Assembly (NCBI GenBank): GCA_019828565.1
Contig: JAHDYR010000006.1
Coordinates: 248,001 to 312,000 of the forward strand
Reading direction: 5' to 3'
DNA: 64,000 nt
From: Carpediemonas membranifera BICM
Lineage: Eukaryota; Protista; Fornicata
Shown here: in pieces, positions 45,875 through 56,200 of the stretch
How positions within the stretch are numbered: position 1 is the stretch's first letter
Layout: the number at the start of each line of letters is the position of its first letter
Notes under the pieces: generated by a model
Told to the model about the DNA's origin: nothing
What the model saw: the letters and a program-made list of their open reading frames with translations, nothing else
Databases searched by the model: none
Made by a program: the position numbers and the translations under genes

Positions 45875-48168
45875 ATGTCGGCAAGGCCTGGCAAGAATGC
45901 GCTTCCACGCGAATCGCACGAAGAAGGTTTGTAACTACGGAATCCGCCTTGTTTGTTTCTCACATAGATCTTGTTCTTGCTCTTTTGAGCGAAAGTCGCA
46001 GGGATGACCGTCTCTTCGTTACTGACTTCCGTGGAAACACTGGCAGTGAGCTCCAAGGCACAGTATTCATCAAACTGGACGATCTGGACCGGATTGTCGA
46101 GGCTATCGAGTCTAAGCCGATGAACATGAAGGACGACGATGACCGCATCCTCAGCACCAACAGAAGCCTCCACGACCTCGTCAGACGCATTGAGAGCAAC
46201 GTTGAGCGCTACAGCCGCATTTTTGCACAAGTTATCCACGAGAAGATCGTTGGGCTGCCCCCCCAGGCCCGCCCCGAGTTCGCCGAGCAGACGCGCCGCT
46301 TTCAGGTTCGCTTCGTCACTCGCGAGGCATCCTCTGTGACCCCCATCATCAACGTGCGCTCCTCCCGCATCGGCCAGCTTATCAAGGTCCGCGGCGTCGT
46401 GACCCATGCGACTCAGTCGGTCCCTAAAGCCCGAGTCATCTGCTACCAGTGCTCAAACTGCACTAAGTCGATCTACGAGATCGTTGAGCGACAGGACCAC
46501 CAACCGCTCGAGTCGTGTGACAGTGCCGAGTGCATCAGGGCGAAGAAGTCGGGCACGCTGACCATGAACACTAGCGAAAGCCTCTTCGTCCCCGCACAGC
46601 ATATCAGGATCCAGCAGCTGTCGGCCGAGGTGAAGCAGGGCAACGTGCCCATCTCGATTACCGTCCACATGGTCGGCGAAGGCATCACCCGGTCGTGCAA
46701 CCCCGGCGACATCGTCACACTAGAGGGTGTCTACATCCCCATCCTCTACGAGGGCGGCCGGCAGTTCCAACGTGGTCTGCTCAACGATACAGCCATCCTC
46801 GCCCATCGGGTGGTGAAGGAGAAGACGCAGCTGCTGCACGCCGAGGTGGACGCCGCGAACATCGCCATGAAGCTCAAGCACAAGGGTTCGGTGGAGGCTT
46901 TCAAGATGCTCTCCTCGTCTATCGCGCCCAAGATCATCGGCCATGAGAATGTCAAGAAGGCACTACTCCTCCAACTCATCGGCGGTGTCGAACGCACCCG
47001 TAGCGATCGGACCGTGATCAGGGGCGACCTCAACGTCTGCCTCATGGGCGACCCCGGCTGCGGCAAGAGCCAGATCCTCAAATACGTTGCTCAGATCGCA
47101 CCAAGGGGCGTCTACACCTCGGGTAAGTCATCATCCGGCGTGGGTCTGACCGCCGCGGTCGTAAGAGATCCCATGACCCGCCAGTTCACCCTTGAGGGTG
47201 GCGCCCTCGTGCTCGCCGACCAGGGCGTCTGCTGCATCGATGAATTCGACAAGATGGACGACGGAGACCGCGGGTCCATCTACGAGGCCATGGAGCAGCA
47301 GCGCGTCTCCGTGGCAAAGGGCGGCCTCGTCACCACACTGAACGCTCGCGCCTCTATTGTTGCGGCCGCCAACCCGGCCTGGGGCAAGTACGATGTCACC
47401 AAGAGCACAGCCGAGAACATCAATCTGCCCCCCGCGATGCTGAGCCGGTTCGACCTGCTCTTTCTGATTATAGACGACCAGGGCGAGGAGGAGACCATGG
47501 ACCTCGCCCGAGCCATCCTCTCCGGGGCCGTGGACGACAGCTACAAGAAGAGCACACTCAGTCTCGAGGAGATGCGGCACTTCCTCCGCATTGCCAAGCT
47601 GTTCAAGCCGCACATGGACTGGGGAACTGGGGCAGCGCTCCCTGCCGAGGCAGCTAGGATCAGGGACTACTACCTGGCATGCAAGGCGGATGACGTCGAG
47701 CAGAATGACTACAAGGACGTCTTCACGTCATATCGCATGCTGCAGTCGCTGTCCAGACTCGCCATGGCGCACGCCAAGCTGAGAATGACGCTCAAGTACT
47801 TCTCTGACCCTGAGAACGAGACCCTTCCCGAGCCCGAGGATGAGCAGACCTCGGCTACTGTCTCCAAGACAGACGTCGAGGAAGCTATCCGTCTGATGAA
47901 GGTTAGCCGCGAGTCCTTCACGCGTACGAAGAAGCGCCGCTCTGGCCGCACCATTGCCTCGCCCGACGAGGTCAAGCAGATGATCGTACGAATCCTGGAG
48001 GACAACGGGTCGATGAAGAGGGACGAACTCATCAAGCTGACGTGCAGCCGCCTGAGAGGTGCGAAGGCGGACAAGGTCTCGGCCTTGATCAAGAGCTGGG
48101 CAATTGGCGGGGCGCTTGAGAAGCGGGGCGAGGACATCTCCCTGCCTGACGAGGACGAGGAGATGTGA
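45875..48168 (+). CDS. MCM7: Replicative helicase subunit MCM7; probable 41-nt intron at 45927-45967
   Basis: IRGDLNVCLMGDPG.GKSQ, IDEFDKM, ENINLP..MLSRFDLL and a Zn finger. An exon starting MSARPGK at 45875 splices in frame via GTTTGT...CATAG. Confidence 0.9.
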
Positions 48169-48432
48169 GTGTTTCATGGGATATGTAAAGGATGTGGTTT
48201 ATCGTTGCTGATGGGTTGGATGCGGGCTGAAGATCGTATCAGATCGCATTCGACTGCTGACACGAAAAGCCTTGGCAACATAATTTAGCCCCGCCTGGCG
48301 ATTGCGACGTCTGGCAGGCTGCTGGCAACTACTACTGGCAAGGCTTACCAGTCTGGCCTCTGGAGATTGCATCTCACGAGAAGAGATTTCCCTTGCGATA
48401 CGAAGCGATCCCCGTATCGAGCCATGCCAACG

Positions 48433-50086
48433 AATGGCAGCGCAAACTCAATGTACAGATACGAAACAGACACTCATTGATGCATTTCGGTGCGCGGTGA
48501 TTGCTACAGCGCATGTTCCCGGCGATGTTCCTTCCAAACTGGCCAAAGCACTCGAAATCGAATTCGGAGAGAGCATTCCGAAGCTAGACGATCTCTGCAA
48601 AGAATCTAGCGATGATATTTCCAAGCTCAAAGCACAGCTGTCCTCTCTGAAGCTAACAAGCAGCAAAGCAACAACAATGCTCGATCGCGCCCAAGCAATC
48701 CTGAGCGACGGCCCCCGCCTGAGCATGAATATCGAGCTCTGCGCTGGCGAGACCCTCCCTGAGCAGGTATACACCCTGCTCCAGGGCACGCTCTACGCCG
48801 TTCTCCTCCATGCTGGCGCCGATCCCGACCTGGATGACAAGGAAGACGACGAGGAGCGCGTGACTGAGCACCGCAAGCACTACCCCGCAGAGGCCAAGAG
48901 CATGTGGTTCTTGTGTAAGAAAACCTTCTTCACCCGCAACGTGGCCGAGAAGGATGGCAAGCTACACATCCGATGCCGGTTTGACGATGCCGTCCTATTT
49001 AGACGGTACCACGGCCGCCTGTACACCCGTGGGAACAATGCGTGGAACCTACTAGGCTACAAGGGCCGAGACACCACTGCTTACCGCATGGTCAGGCTGC
49101 CGCCCGTACTTTCGATGAGAAGTACTCAATTCGCTGCCATCGCGGTCACCCCACGAGGTCTGTACGGCTGGGGAAGCGACCACGGCCGTGTTCTGGGCAT
49201 GTATTCTTGCAAGAGCGGTGGCGGTACCATCGGCTTCCCTCGACGTATCAGGTTCGTCCAGGAGCCGCAGGTCGCACAGTACGAGGCGAGTCTCCCGGCC
49301 TGGGCCAAGGACAGGCTGGTTACATGCCTCGCCGTGACCCACAACTACTCTGTTCTCATCACTCCGGTCGGTGTCGTCGCCTCGGGCTATGACAGCAAGC
49401 ATTTCCTGCCGGGCGAACAGAGGCACTCCGCTGGTCTGTTCCAGCGCGTACCGCTCCCCCGGGCATTCTATCCGACGCACGTGCTCGCTGCAAACGTGGC
49501 CGTCTTGACCGACGGGTCTAATCAAATGATTAGTGGAGAGAATTCCCGGGGCCAGCTGGGCATGGGGCACTGTGACGAGGTCCAGGAGTTCGTCCCGCTC
49601 CCTTTCCACGTCGACCGTGTTATCTCCGTGCCGTCGGTCTTTTCTCTCTACCAGAGCGGCAAACAGCTGTTGTTTGCGGGCAGGGTGATGCCCTTCATGC
49701 TACCCTTCCTGCCGCACTTCGCAGAGGACGACGAGTGCAGCCGGGCCACCCCACTGACTCTGCCCCATCGGGTCAAGGCCGTCTTCCTCTCGACGTTTAT
49801 AGCATTCGTCCGGGCTGACGGCGAGGGTGTGTTCATGGTGGACGCGCTGCAGCACTATTACGAGCTCCCCTTCGAGCCGACTATGCTGCTGGTTGTCAGC
49901 GACACTTTCTTCTTCAGGAATAAGGGCGCATGGTTTGCTGTGGGTAACAATGAGTACGGTGCGGTGTCGCCTGATATCACCACTGATTGGATCGACACAC
50001 CGCTCGAAGTATCTCTCGCCACCGTCGAGAGTTTGAGGCAGATGAGCGGGTTCGTCATCGAGTACCCGACCATGCTGGCCCAGTGA
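48433..50086 (+). CDS. RCC1/BLIP-II-like lineage-specific family protein (paralog of 16261-18072)
   Basis: AGADPDL, WFLCKKTFF, VTPRGLYGWG and GENSRGQLGMGH...LPFHVD motifs; the start is taken at the first ATG. Confidence 0.78.
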
Positions 50087-50203
50087 GCCGGTGCGGTTGA
50101 TATAAAGAGGCTGCTGCTGGTTCATAGCGATTTATCGTGCGGTATTTACCGAAATGTATCACCGAAATGTGACGATCGTGGTTAGCTGTTCTCAGCGTTG
50201 GTG

Positions 50204-50791
50204 ATGAACTCCGCTATTCACTCCACTCTTCCAACTAACCCAACAGTAGAGGATGTTAAGGCTGCGAGCGCGGTTCTTGAGAGCTCCTCAGAGCCGATTA
50301 TCATCAACTCGTTGCTCCGCAAGCTTGTCCAGCGCCTTGTTGTCGCTTCGTCTGACATGAACATAGATCCTATGCTTCCGTTGACTCTTACTGAGGCTAT
50401 TGTGCGCTTCAGTGGCCATATTGACCGCCCCACGGCCCTTGTGATGCTCGATATGCTCTCTAGCTCGACATCCCCGTCCAAGCACACGCTGCCAGTGCTA
50501 GAGAAGCTCATACCATTCGTCACAGTCCATGATACTGAGCTGGACGGCATCCTGGCCATGCTCGACGCCCCCGAATCCGCCTCTGCCGCTGTCACCATGG
50601 TCGCCAGGGCCGCCCCGACCCTGGACGGCAGCCTGCTCCCCGTAGTCGCCACCCATGTAGCCGCATACCTGCTGTCGGCGGTCCCCACGGGAGACCACCG
50701 GGCTGAGGCCCTCGAGTGCTTGGACAAGCTCGCCGAGCACGGCGGGCTGTGGGCGTCCAGTGTCAGAGAGCTCCGGGACAGGTGCGGGTGA
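50204..50791 (+). CDS. Hypothetical helical protein, possibly truncated or spliced at the 3' end
   Basis: ORF of about 195 aa that ends ~260 bp before the mobile element. Confidence 0.5.
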   Translation: MNSAIHSTLPTNPTVEDVKAASAVLESSSEPIIINSLLRKLVQRLVVASSDMNIDPMLPLTLTEAIVRFSGHIDRPTALVMLDMLSSSTSPSKHTLPVLEKLIPFVTVHDTELDGILAMLDAPESASAAVTMVARAAPTLDGSLLPVVATHVAAYLLSAVPTGDHRAEALECLDKLAEHGGLWASSVRELRDRCG

Positions 50792-50965
50792 GGTGTGAGT
50801 GGATCCACATTGTGTGCTCTCGCGTTGCACCTGTTTCAGCATACACCCCCGTGTCTCTTGGCACCCTCCACCCAGTCTCACCTATAAAGTTCATCCGCCA
50901 CCCTGGTAAAACTGGTGATGTCTCCAGTCTTCGTCCTCGGGTAACACCAGGCCCGCTTCGATTGT

Positions 50966-50995
50966 ACCTTACCTTACCTTACCTTACCTTACCTT
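50966..50995. repeat. (ACCTT)6 microsatellite, reading (TAAGG)n on the minus strand
   Basis: Six perfect pentamer copies. Confidence 0.95.
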
Positions 50996-51054
50996 CCGCT
51001 GGTGCGAGAACCAAGATCCCGCCCAGAACCGGCGCCCAGAACCCTCTTCTTCGA

Positions 51055-51134
51055 TGTTGCGCAGTATAAACACATTGTTCGAACCTCCCAGACAGGGCCT
51101 GAAAGGAACGATCAAAGTGCCAAACTGCACAACA
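51055..51134 (-). ncRNA. Candidate omegaRNA scaffold: 80-nt hairpin between the stop codon and the element end
   Basis: The arms are 38 and 39 nt. All six transition differences between them form G-U pairs on the minus (gene-sense) strand. The position matches TnpB/Fanzor guide scaffolds. Confidence 0.6.
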
Positions 51135-52556
51135 TCATCCGTCAGCAGACGAATGGTGGCGGTTAGCCAATTGATGATACTGGAATGATGTTGGAAGGCG
51201 CGGGATCGAGGTGCGACTGAATGGAGAGCCACTGAGCTCATCTTCCGTGGCAAGAGAACGCCACAGGATGTTCTCTGCAGCACTCTTGTCCCGATGATCA
51301 ACATTCAGAGCATCAGGAACTGTTGCGCGCCACTGAGCACCACGGCACTGTGGATTTTCGCAGAGCATCACACGATGTGGGTGAACGTGCTGGTCATCAC
51401 GCGGACGAACTCGCTTGTAGGGGGCGTGGCAGTGAGGGCAGACGACGGTGGTGCGGTCCTCGTTAACCATGTTAAGATCGACGACAATGTTATACCTCTT
51501 GAGAAGGGGTACTATCTCTCTCGCGAACTTTCGATATGGCGCGCAAGGAATGAACATACCAGCAGGCGTGGTGAATCCCGAGCTCCCGTAGAAGGCTTTC
51601 AGGCGAATGGGGGTGGGGATGGGATGGTGGCGACGCCAACCGAACTCCCGCAGACGGCCCATTGACCTGGGGTTGTCCCGGTAGCGTCTTTTCTGCTCTT
51701 CTGTCAACGGATTGGTGGCGTGTGGGAGTGCGTGATTAATTCCCACACGATGACAGAAATTATCATTCAGTAGGCCCATCGTGTCACCGTAGGCCATGAA
51801 GCCCGGTCGGACGGGGGCCATGGGCACGATCGGAACGAGGCGAGGCTGGCGGAGCGACATCGAGTACTCCCCGTTGAAGTGGCTGATGAGGCCACTCAAC
51901 GTCTCCACTCCGTCAGCAATTGCCCAGACGCAAGAGAGAATGCGTGGGGCAGCCTGGGAGACTGGGAGCCCGTCGTTCTCACCCATGTGAGTCGCCCAGA
52001 ACAGCGAGGGGAGACACGCAAGGATCTCAGGGTTGACCATGTTGAGGATGGCGTGAACGCCGGCCAACTCCTGCTCGAAGAAGGCCGGAGAGCCAACACC
52101 TGCGAGAGCTTCTTCGAGTCGGGCGAGGGTGCCCTGTAGCCTGTCACGGTACGTCGTCACCGTGCGGGCGAGCCACAGCTTCACAGAGTTGGCGTATCGG
52201 ATGAACCACTTCCGGAGACTGGGACTCACTCCAAGCAACGCCAAACGACCTTTGAGCTGCGCGACCAGATCCTGCGTGGTAGTCTCCCGCCACATCGGCA
52301 GAGTGTCGAGCGACTGCACGATGGCCGCGTAGGCCTGACCCGGCTGACCGCCGCGTACATGAGTGAGCAGTCCGTTGTGGAAGTCGGCGTCATGTAGGGG
52401 GAGTTGCCGGCGCTGCGCATAGCATTCAACCGCGAGCCGGGCCAGCAGGCATGAGTAGAGATATTTTGCTGCGGCGTAATCCCCCACTCTCCGTTCTTCG
52501 GTGTAGTTCTGTCTGAAAGCTTGCTTGATGGAGGCTTTGATCGTATATATCTCCAT
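51135..52556 (-). CDS. Fanzor/TnpB-like RNA-guided protein (473 aa from MEIYTIK; the ORF extends to 52604)
   Basis: Numbering follows the 489-aa ORF: FYGSSGF...PCAPYRKF, VNE382DRTTVVC389PHC392, C415ENPQC420, HRD439KSAAENI and terminal PFSR. The N-terminal TIKASIK and the VPIVP..P.RPGFM segment are Fanzor1-like. No clear RuvC-I D-P/L-G. Confidence 0.82.
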   Translation of the reverse strand: MEIYTIKASIKQAFRQNYTEERRVGDYAAAKYLYSCLLARLAVECYAQRRQLPLHDADFHNGLLTHVRGGQPGQAYAAIVQSLDTLPMWRETTTQDLVAQLKGRLALLGVSPSLRKWFIRYANSVKLWLARTVTTYRDRLQGTLARLEEALAGVGSPAFFEQELAGVHAILNMVNPEILACLPSLFWATHMGENDGLPVSQAAPRILSCVWAIADGVETLSGLISHFNGEYSMSLRQPRLVPIVPMAPVRPGFMAYGDTMGLLNDNFCHRVGINHALPHATNPLTEEQKRRYRDNPRSMGRLREFGWRRHHPIPTPIRLKAFYGSSGFTTPAGMFIPCAPYRKFAREIVPLLKRYNIVVDLNMVNEDRTTVVCPHCHAPYKRVRPRDDQHVHPHRVMLCENPQCRGAQWRATVPDALNVDHRDKSAAENILWRSLATEDELSGSPFSRTSIPRLPTSFQYHQLANRHHSSADG

Positions 52557-52783
52557 CTTGTTGCGCACTACAGGTGTGCAGCTGGTCATTGATGAAGATG
52601 TCATAAGAGCCGACGATGAACACCATTACCAGCATATACAAGTGTAGAAGTGAATTTAATGTGGAATAGAAGACAATGAGACGACGTGTGAGCGATTGTG
52701 ATGTTTGCAGCTGTGCTGACGTCCACGAAGAAGACGCTTTTGTGGAAGCTCTGGAGAAGGCAATCCAACTCGCCCTCCACTCC

Positions 52784-53089
52784 GAGGGCTACTCAGGCTC
52801 CGACATCTCCATCGTGGTGCGGGATGCCCTGTTCCAGCCCATCCGGCAGCTCCAGACAACAACGCACTTTAAGCCAACACAGACGGCGGAGGGCACCAAG
52901 TGGCTGGCCTGCGCGCCTTCAGACGAGGGTGCAGTGGAACGGGACATCATGTCGTTCGAGGGCTCTGAGGTGAACGTGCCGCCCGTGTCGGCGGAGAACT
53001 TCTTCCGGGCCCTGGATCGGGTCAAGCCGTCCGTGTCGAAGGAGGATGCCGAGGCACTCGCCAACTGGCAGTATGGTGACGGTGAATAG
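52784..53089 (+). pseudogene. VPS4: Vps4 C-terminal fragment (copy 2), cargo inside the element
   Basis: Identical translation to 39859-40164. Confidence 0.8.
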
Positions 53090-53284
53090 GGTTCTTTTTA
53101 TTTTTTTAAACTGGCATGGCCCCCCGCTCTGCTTATGCTCTTTATTGTTGAGAAGACGGTCTCCCTACCGACTTAAGACGTGAGTAGGAGGGAGACAGGG
53201 CAGTGTTGCGCAGTATAAACACATTGTTGGACCCTTCAATAGCACATTCGATAAAGCCTTATTCTGCGAAATAGCTCGACCTCA

Positions 53285-56200
53285 ATGTCTGCGCCTGGTA
53301 ACGACAATGATGCGTTACTGACGATCCAACGAATGTCTAGGGAGCTTCATAGCATTGAGCCACATAATAATCTGTCGGGAGCGCTTCAGAAGCGACATTT
53401 GGAGCTCAGGGATACGATACGGCGCGTAGGACGCATCTGCGCCGCCCCTGACGCAGTATGGCAGACGACAAAGACAGCTGTAGAGATATTTGCTAACCAT
53501 ATGGGCACACCGCACTCCACTCCGTTCTTTGACGCCGAGATCGCGCGACAGCTCGCGCTAATTGCAGCCACAGGGCCTGAAGAGACGTTTGCCTCGACCC
53601 TGCAGGTGATAACAACCGCGTACATGGAGGATCCGACCTCCCATCTCGCGGGCATCATCCCCGACGTCCTCATCGTACTCGCCACGTCAGTCTCGTCCAA
53701 CAGGGTATGGCAGGCGCTTGACGGCCTTCTCACACTGATGCTGAGTGCCGGGAAGAATATTCAGCGCTACGTTGGCCGGGAGAACGTCACTCTGGACTGG
53801 TTTGGCGGCCTGCTGCCCGCGCTCGCCACCATCCTCGCCAAGGCGGACGAGGTGTTCAACGGCCACCCAGACGCCGACGTCACCATCCCCGGTGAGATAC
53901 TGTCCCCGCCGGGCCCCAAGCCGCCTGGGACACTCGCACCCCGCCGACCGTGGGCCTGGGACTCGCACCCGGAGACTCACCGCATGCTCAGCGCCGTCTG
54001 GATGCTCGTTGTCATTCTGTCAGTCACGGAGACGCTCATGTGGGAGGCGCACCTCAAGACGATTGCCCGGTTCACACCGGTGTTGTTCACTCGGCACAGT
54101 CCTCTCGGGCTGGTCGACGGTGAGCTTGAGGTCACTGCACTGCTCAAGAACGGACTCGACGCCGGCACGGTCGCCTCTCTCAGGGCTCGACTCAGTTCCG
54201 AGTTCGAGGGCATTGCAAGGCAGGTGAAGCAGCTCTCCACCGCCCAGCTTGTCCTGCTGACGACGATATACGCCGTCGAGTGCCATAGGGTGTTCTCCGG
54301 CATCTTTGTCCCTGTGTACCACTATCTGATGATCGAGGAAAGCCTCAGAATGGCCCCGGCGTCGTCAATGACGGAGGAGCTGTCCAAGTCGAGGAGGGCG
54401 CCGATCTGGACCTTCTTGGAGGTCATAGTTGACAAGATATACTCAAAGTGGTCGAATCTTTTCATATCTTCAAGTGATACGTGTTCGAACCCAGCCAACC
54501 GCACAATTGTCATTGAGGCGGCGGTCGAGCTCCTCCGCTTCCACCAGGCGACCCTACCCGAGACTGCCCGCCGGGTCCGCACCCACCTCCTCCTGACACT
54601 CACAGGCCAGCCCGACACATGCGTCAACAGCGACGTCCTCGAGGCATCGCTCGCGGCATTCCCGCCCGACGGTCCTGGCAGCGAGGGGCTGCTCGAGACA
54701 ATATTCCAGACGGCACACCGGGCACACCCCGTGCGGCTGTGTGGCATGCTTGCCGTGCATCGAATCAGATCTCTCCGGCAGGGTCTGGCGCCTGTATCTT
54801 TGCACACCATATTTGGAGATATTCAACTCCGGTCGAGTCTTGATGTTGCGATAGACGCAGCTCTCGAGCTCGTCTCCACGGGCACGATGCCCCTCCCCCG
54901 CCGCGTGTCCAACCTCGCTCAGCTTTGGACCGGCCATCGCCACGAGTTGACCACACCTCATGTTACGGCCGAGCCCGTCGGTCTGGCCACAGGCGTGGCC
55001 GATAGCGTTATCCTGCACGCCCATGCACACGGGCCAGTCGCGGCGGTTTACGACGGCCTGCTGCACCTCGCGAGAGGGGTGGGCGAGATCCCTGGCGGGG
55101 CGCTTGATCAGCTGTTCAAGCGACGCGACGCCTCCGAACTCATCGGGCTGGAGGCGGCGGCTGCCGTCATCGACGCCGTCGCTGTCATCGGAAGCAGCCA
55201 GTGCGTCGCCTCGACCTCTCGCTGGATCATTTCCCTCCTCGAATTCCACGAGGAGGTCGGAATCGGCCTGTTTAGCGGCGAGGCAGACCCACACACTGAC
55301 ACCGAGATCCCGTATGACGAGCCCGCACACGCAGAGCCGGTCCAGGAACACCGCGTCGACTTCGCCCCGGCCACGCAGCGGCTGTGGCTCCAGGCACTGC
55401 ACGGACTGCTCCTCTCCGCCCCAGACGACGTCGGGGCCGAGCTGGTGGTCTTCGTCACGAGGGTCCTGGGCGGCGACGGGCTTGCCCTCAGTCGGGTGGT
55501 TTGGGGTCCCCTCATCCAGCTCATGCTCCTCGCCCTGGACCTCCTCGACGGCACCACGGACAGCCTCAAGGACCTCGTGGCGACCAGGATTCTTCAGAAC
55601 ACGGCCACACTCCTTGCTCTGGGCGATACTCCTCGGGGCTGGGACAACAGAGCCCACAGAGACGAGGCCGAGTCGTTGGTCACTCTTGCCGCCGCAATCA
55701 CAGCCCAGCTCGGGGCCACGGAGTCCAGCGTGCGGGCACTGGCCACCATTATCGCCATAGAGGCGGGGTCTACCCTTGCATGGACCGGTTTTGTCCCGAA
55801 TGTGACCCGCGTCCTCGGCGTCGAGATTCCCCAGACCATCCCATTCCGGCCCGGGACACGACAGCGGCAGATGACCACCGCAGGAGCGTTCATCCAGACC
55901 CTGAAGCGCGCCATCGACACGTTCGAGGGGCATGTTCTTCCCCCAGGATTCGGTGCCGACCTCATTGACCTCGCATCATTTGATTGCACCCTGCTCGTTG
56001 ACCTCTACCACCGCATCCGGCCCTCGCTCCGGCAAAACGGCAAGCTGGCCGGCGAGCTGGCTCAGTACATCTCTGACAACCTCATACGCTTCTGCCAGGT
56101 CAACCGCGCCTTCGACATTGTCATTGAAGCCCGCTGCCAGCCGCCCAGCTTCGCCTTCGACCTGTCCTCCATCCCCGATGACTACTACGACGCCCTTCCG

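Larger units (their letters stand above)
51055..53246 (-). mobile_element. 2192-bp non-autonomous element carrying a Fanzor/TnpB-like gene; TGT...ACA ends; TTCGA duplication
   Basis: TTCGA at 51050-51054 and 53247-53251. The 25-bp direct repeat TGTTGCGCAGTATAAACACATTGTT lies at 51055-51079 and 53204-53228. No transposase ORF was recognised inside. Confidence 0.85.

Noticed and set aside
51055-53246. LTR retrotransposon or IS200/IS605 assignment
   Set aside because: There is no gag, RT or integrase, and the repeats are only 25 bp exact. IS200/605 elements make no TSD, and no TnpA is present.
54554-55933. 459-aa minus-strand ORF
   Set aside because: It is antisense to the PI4K gene.
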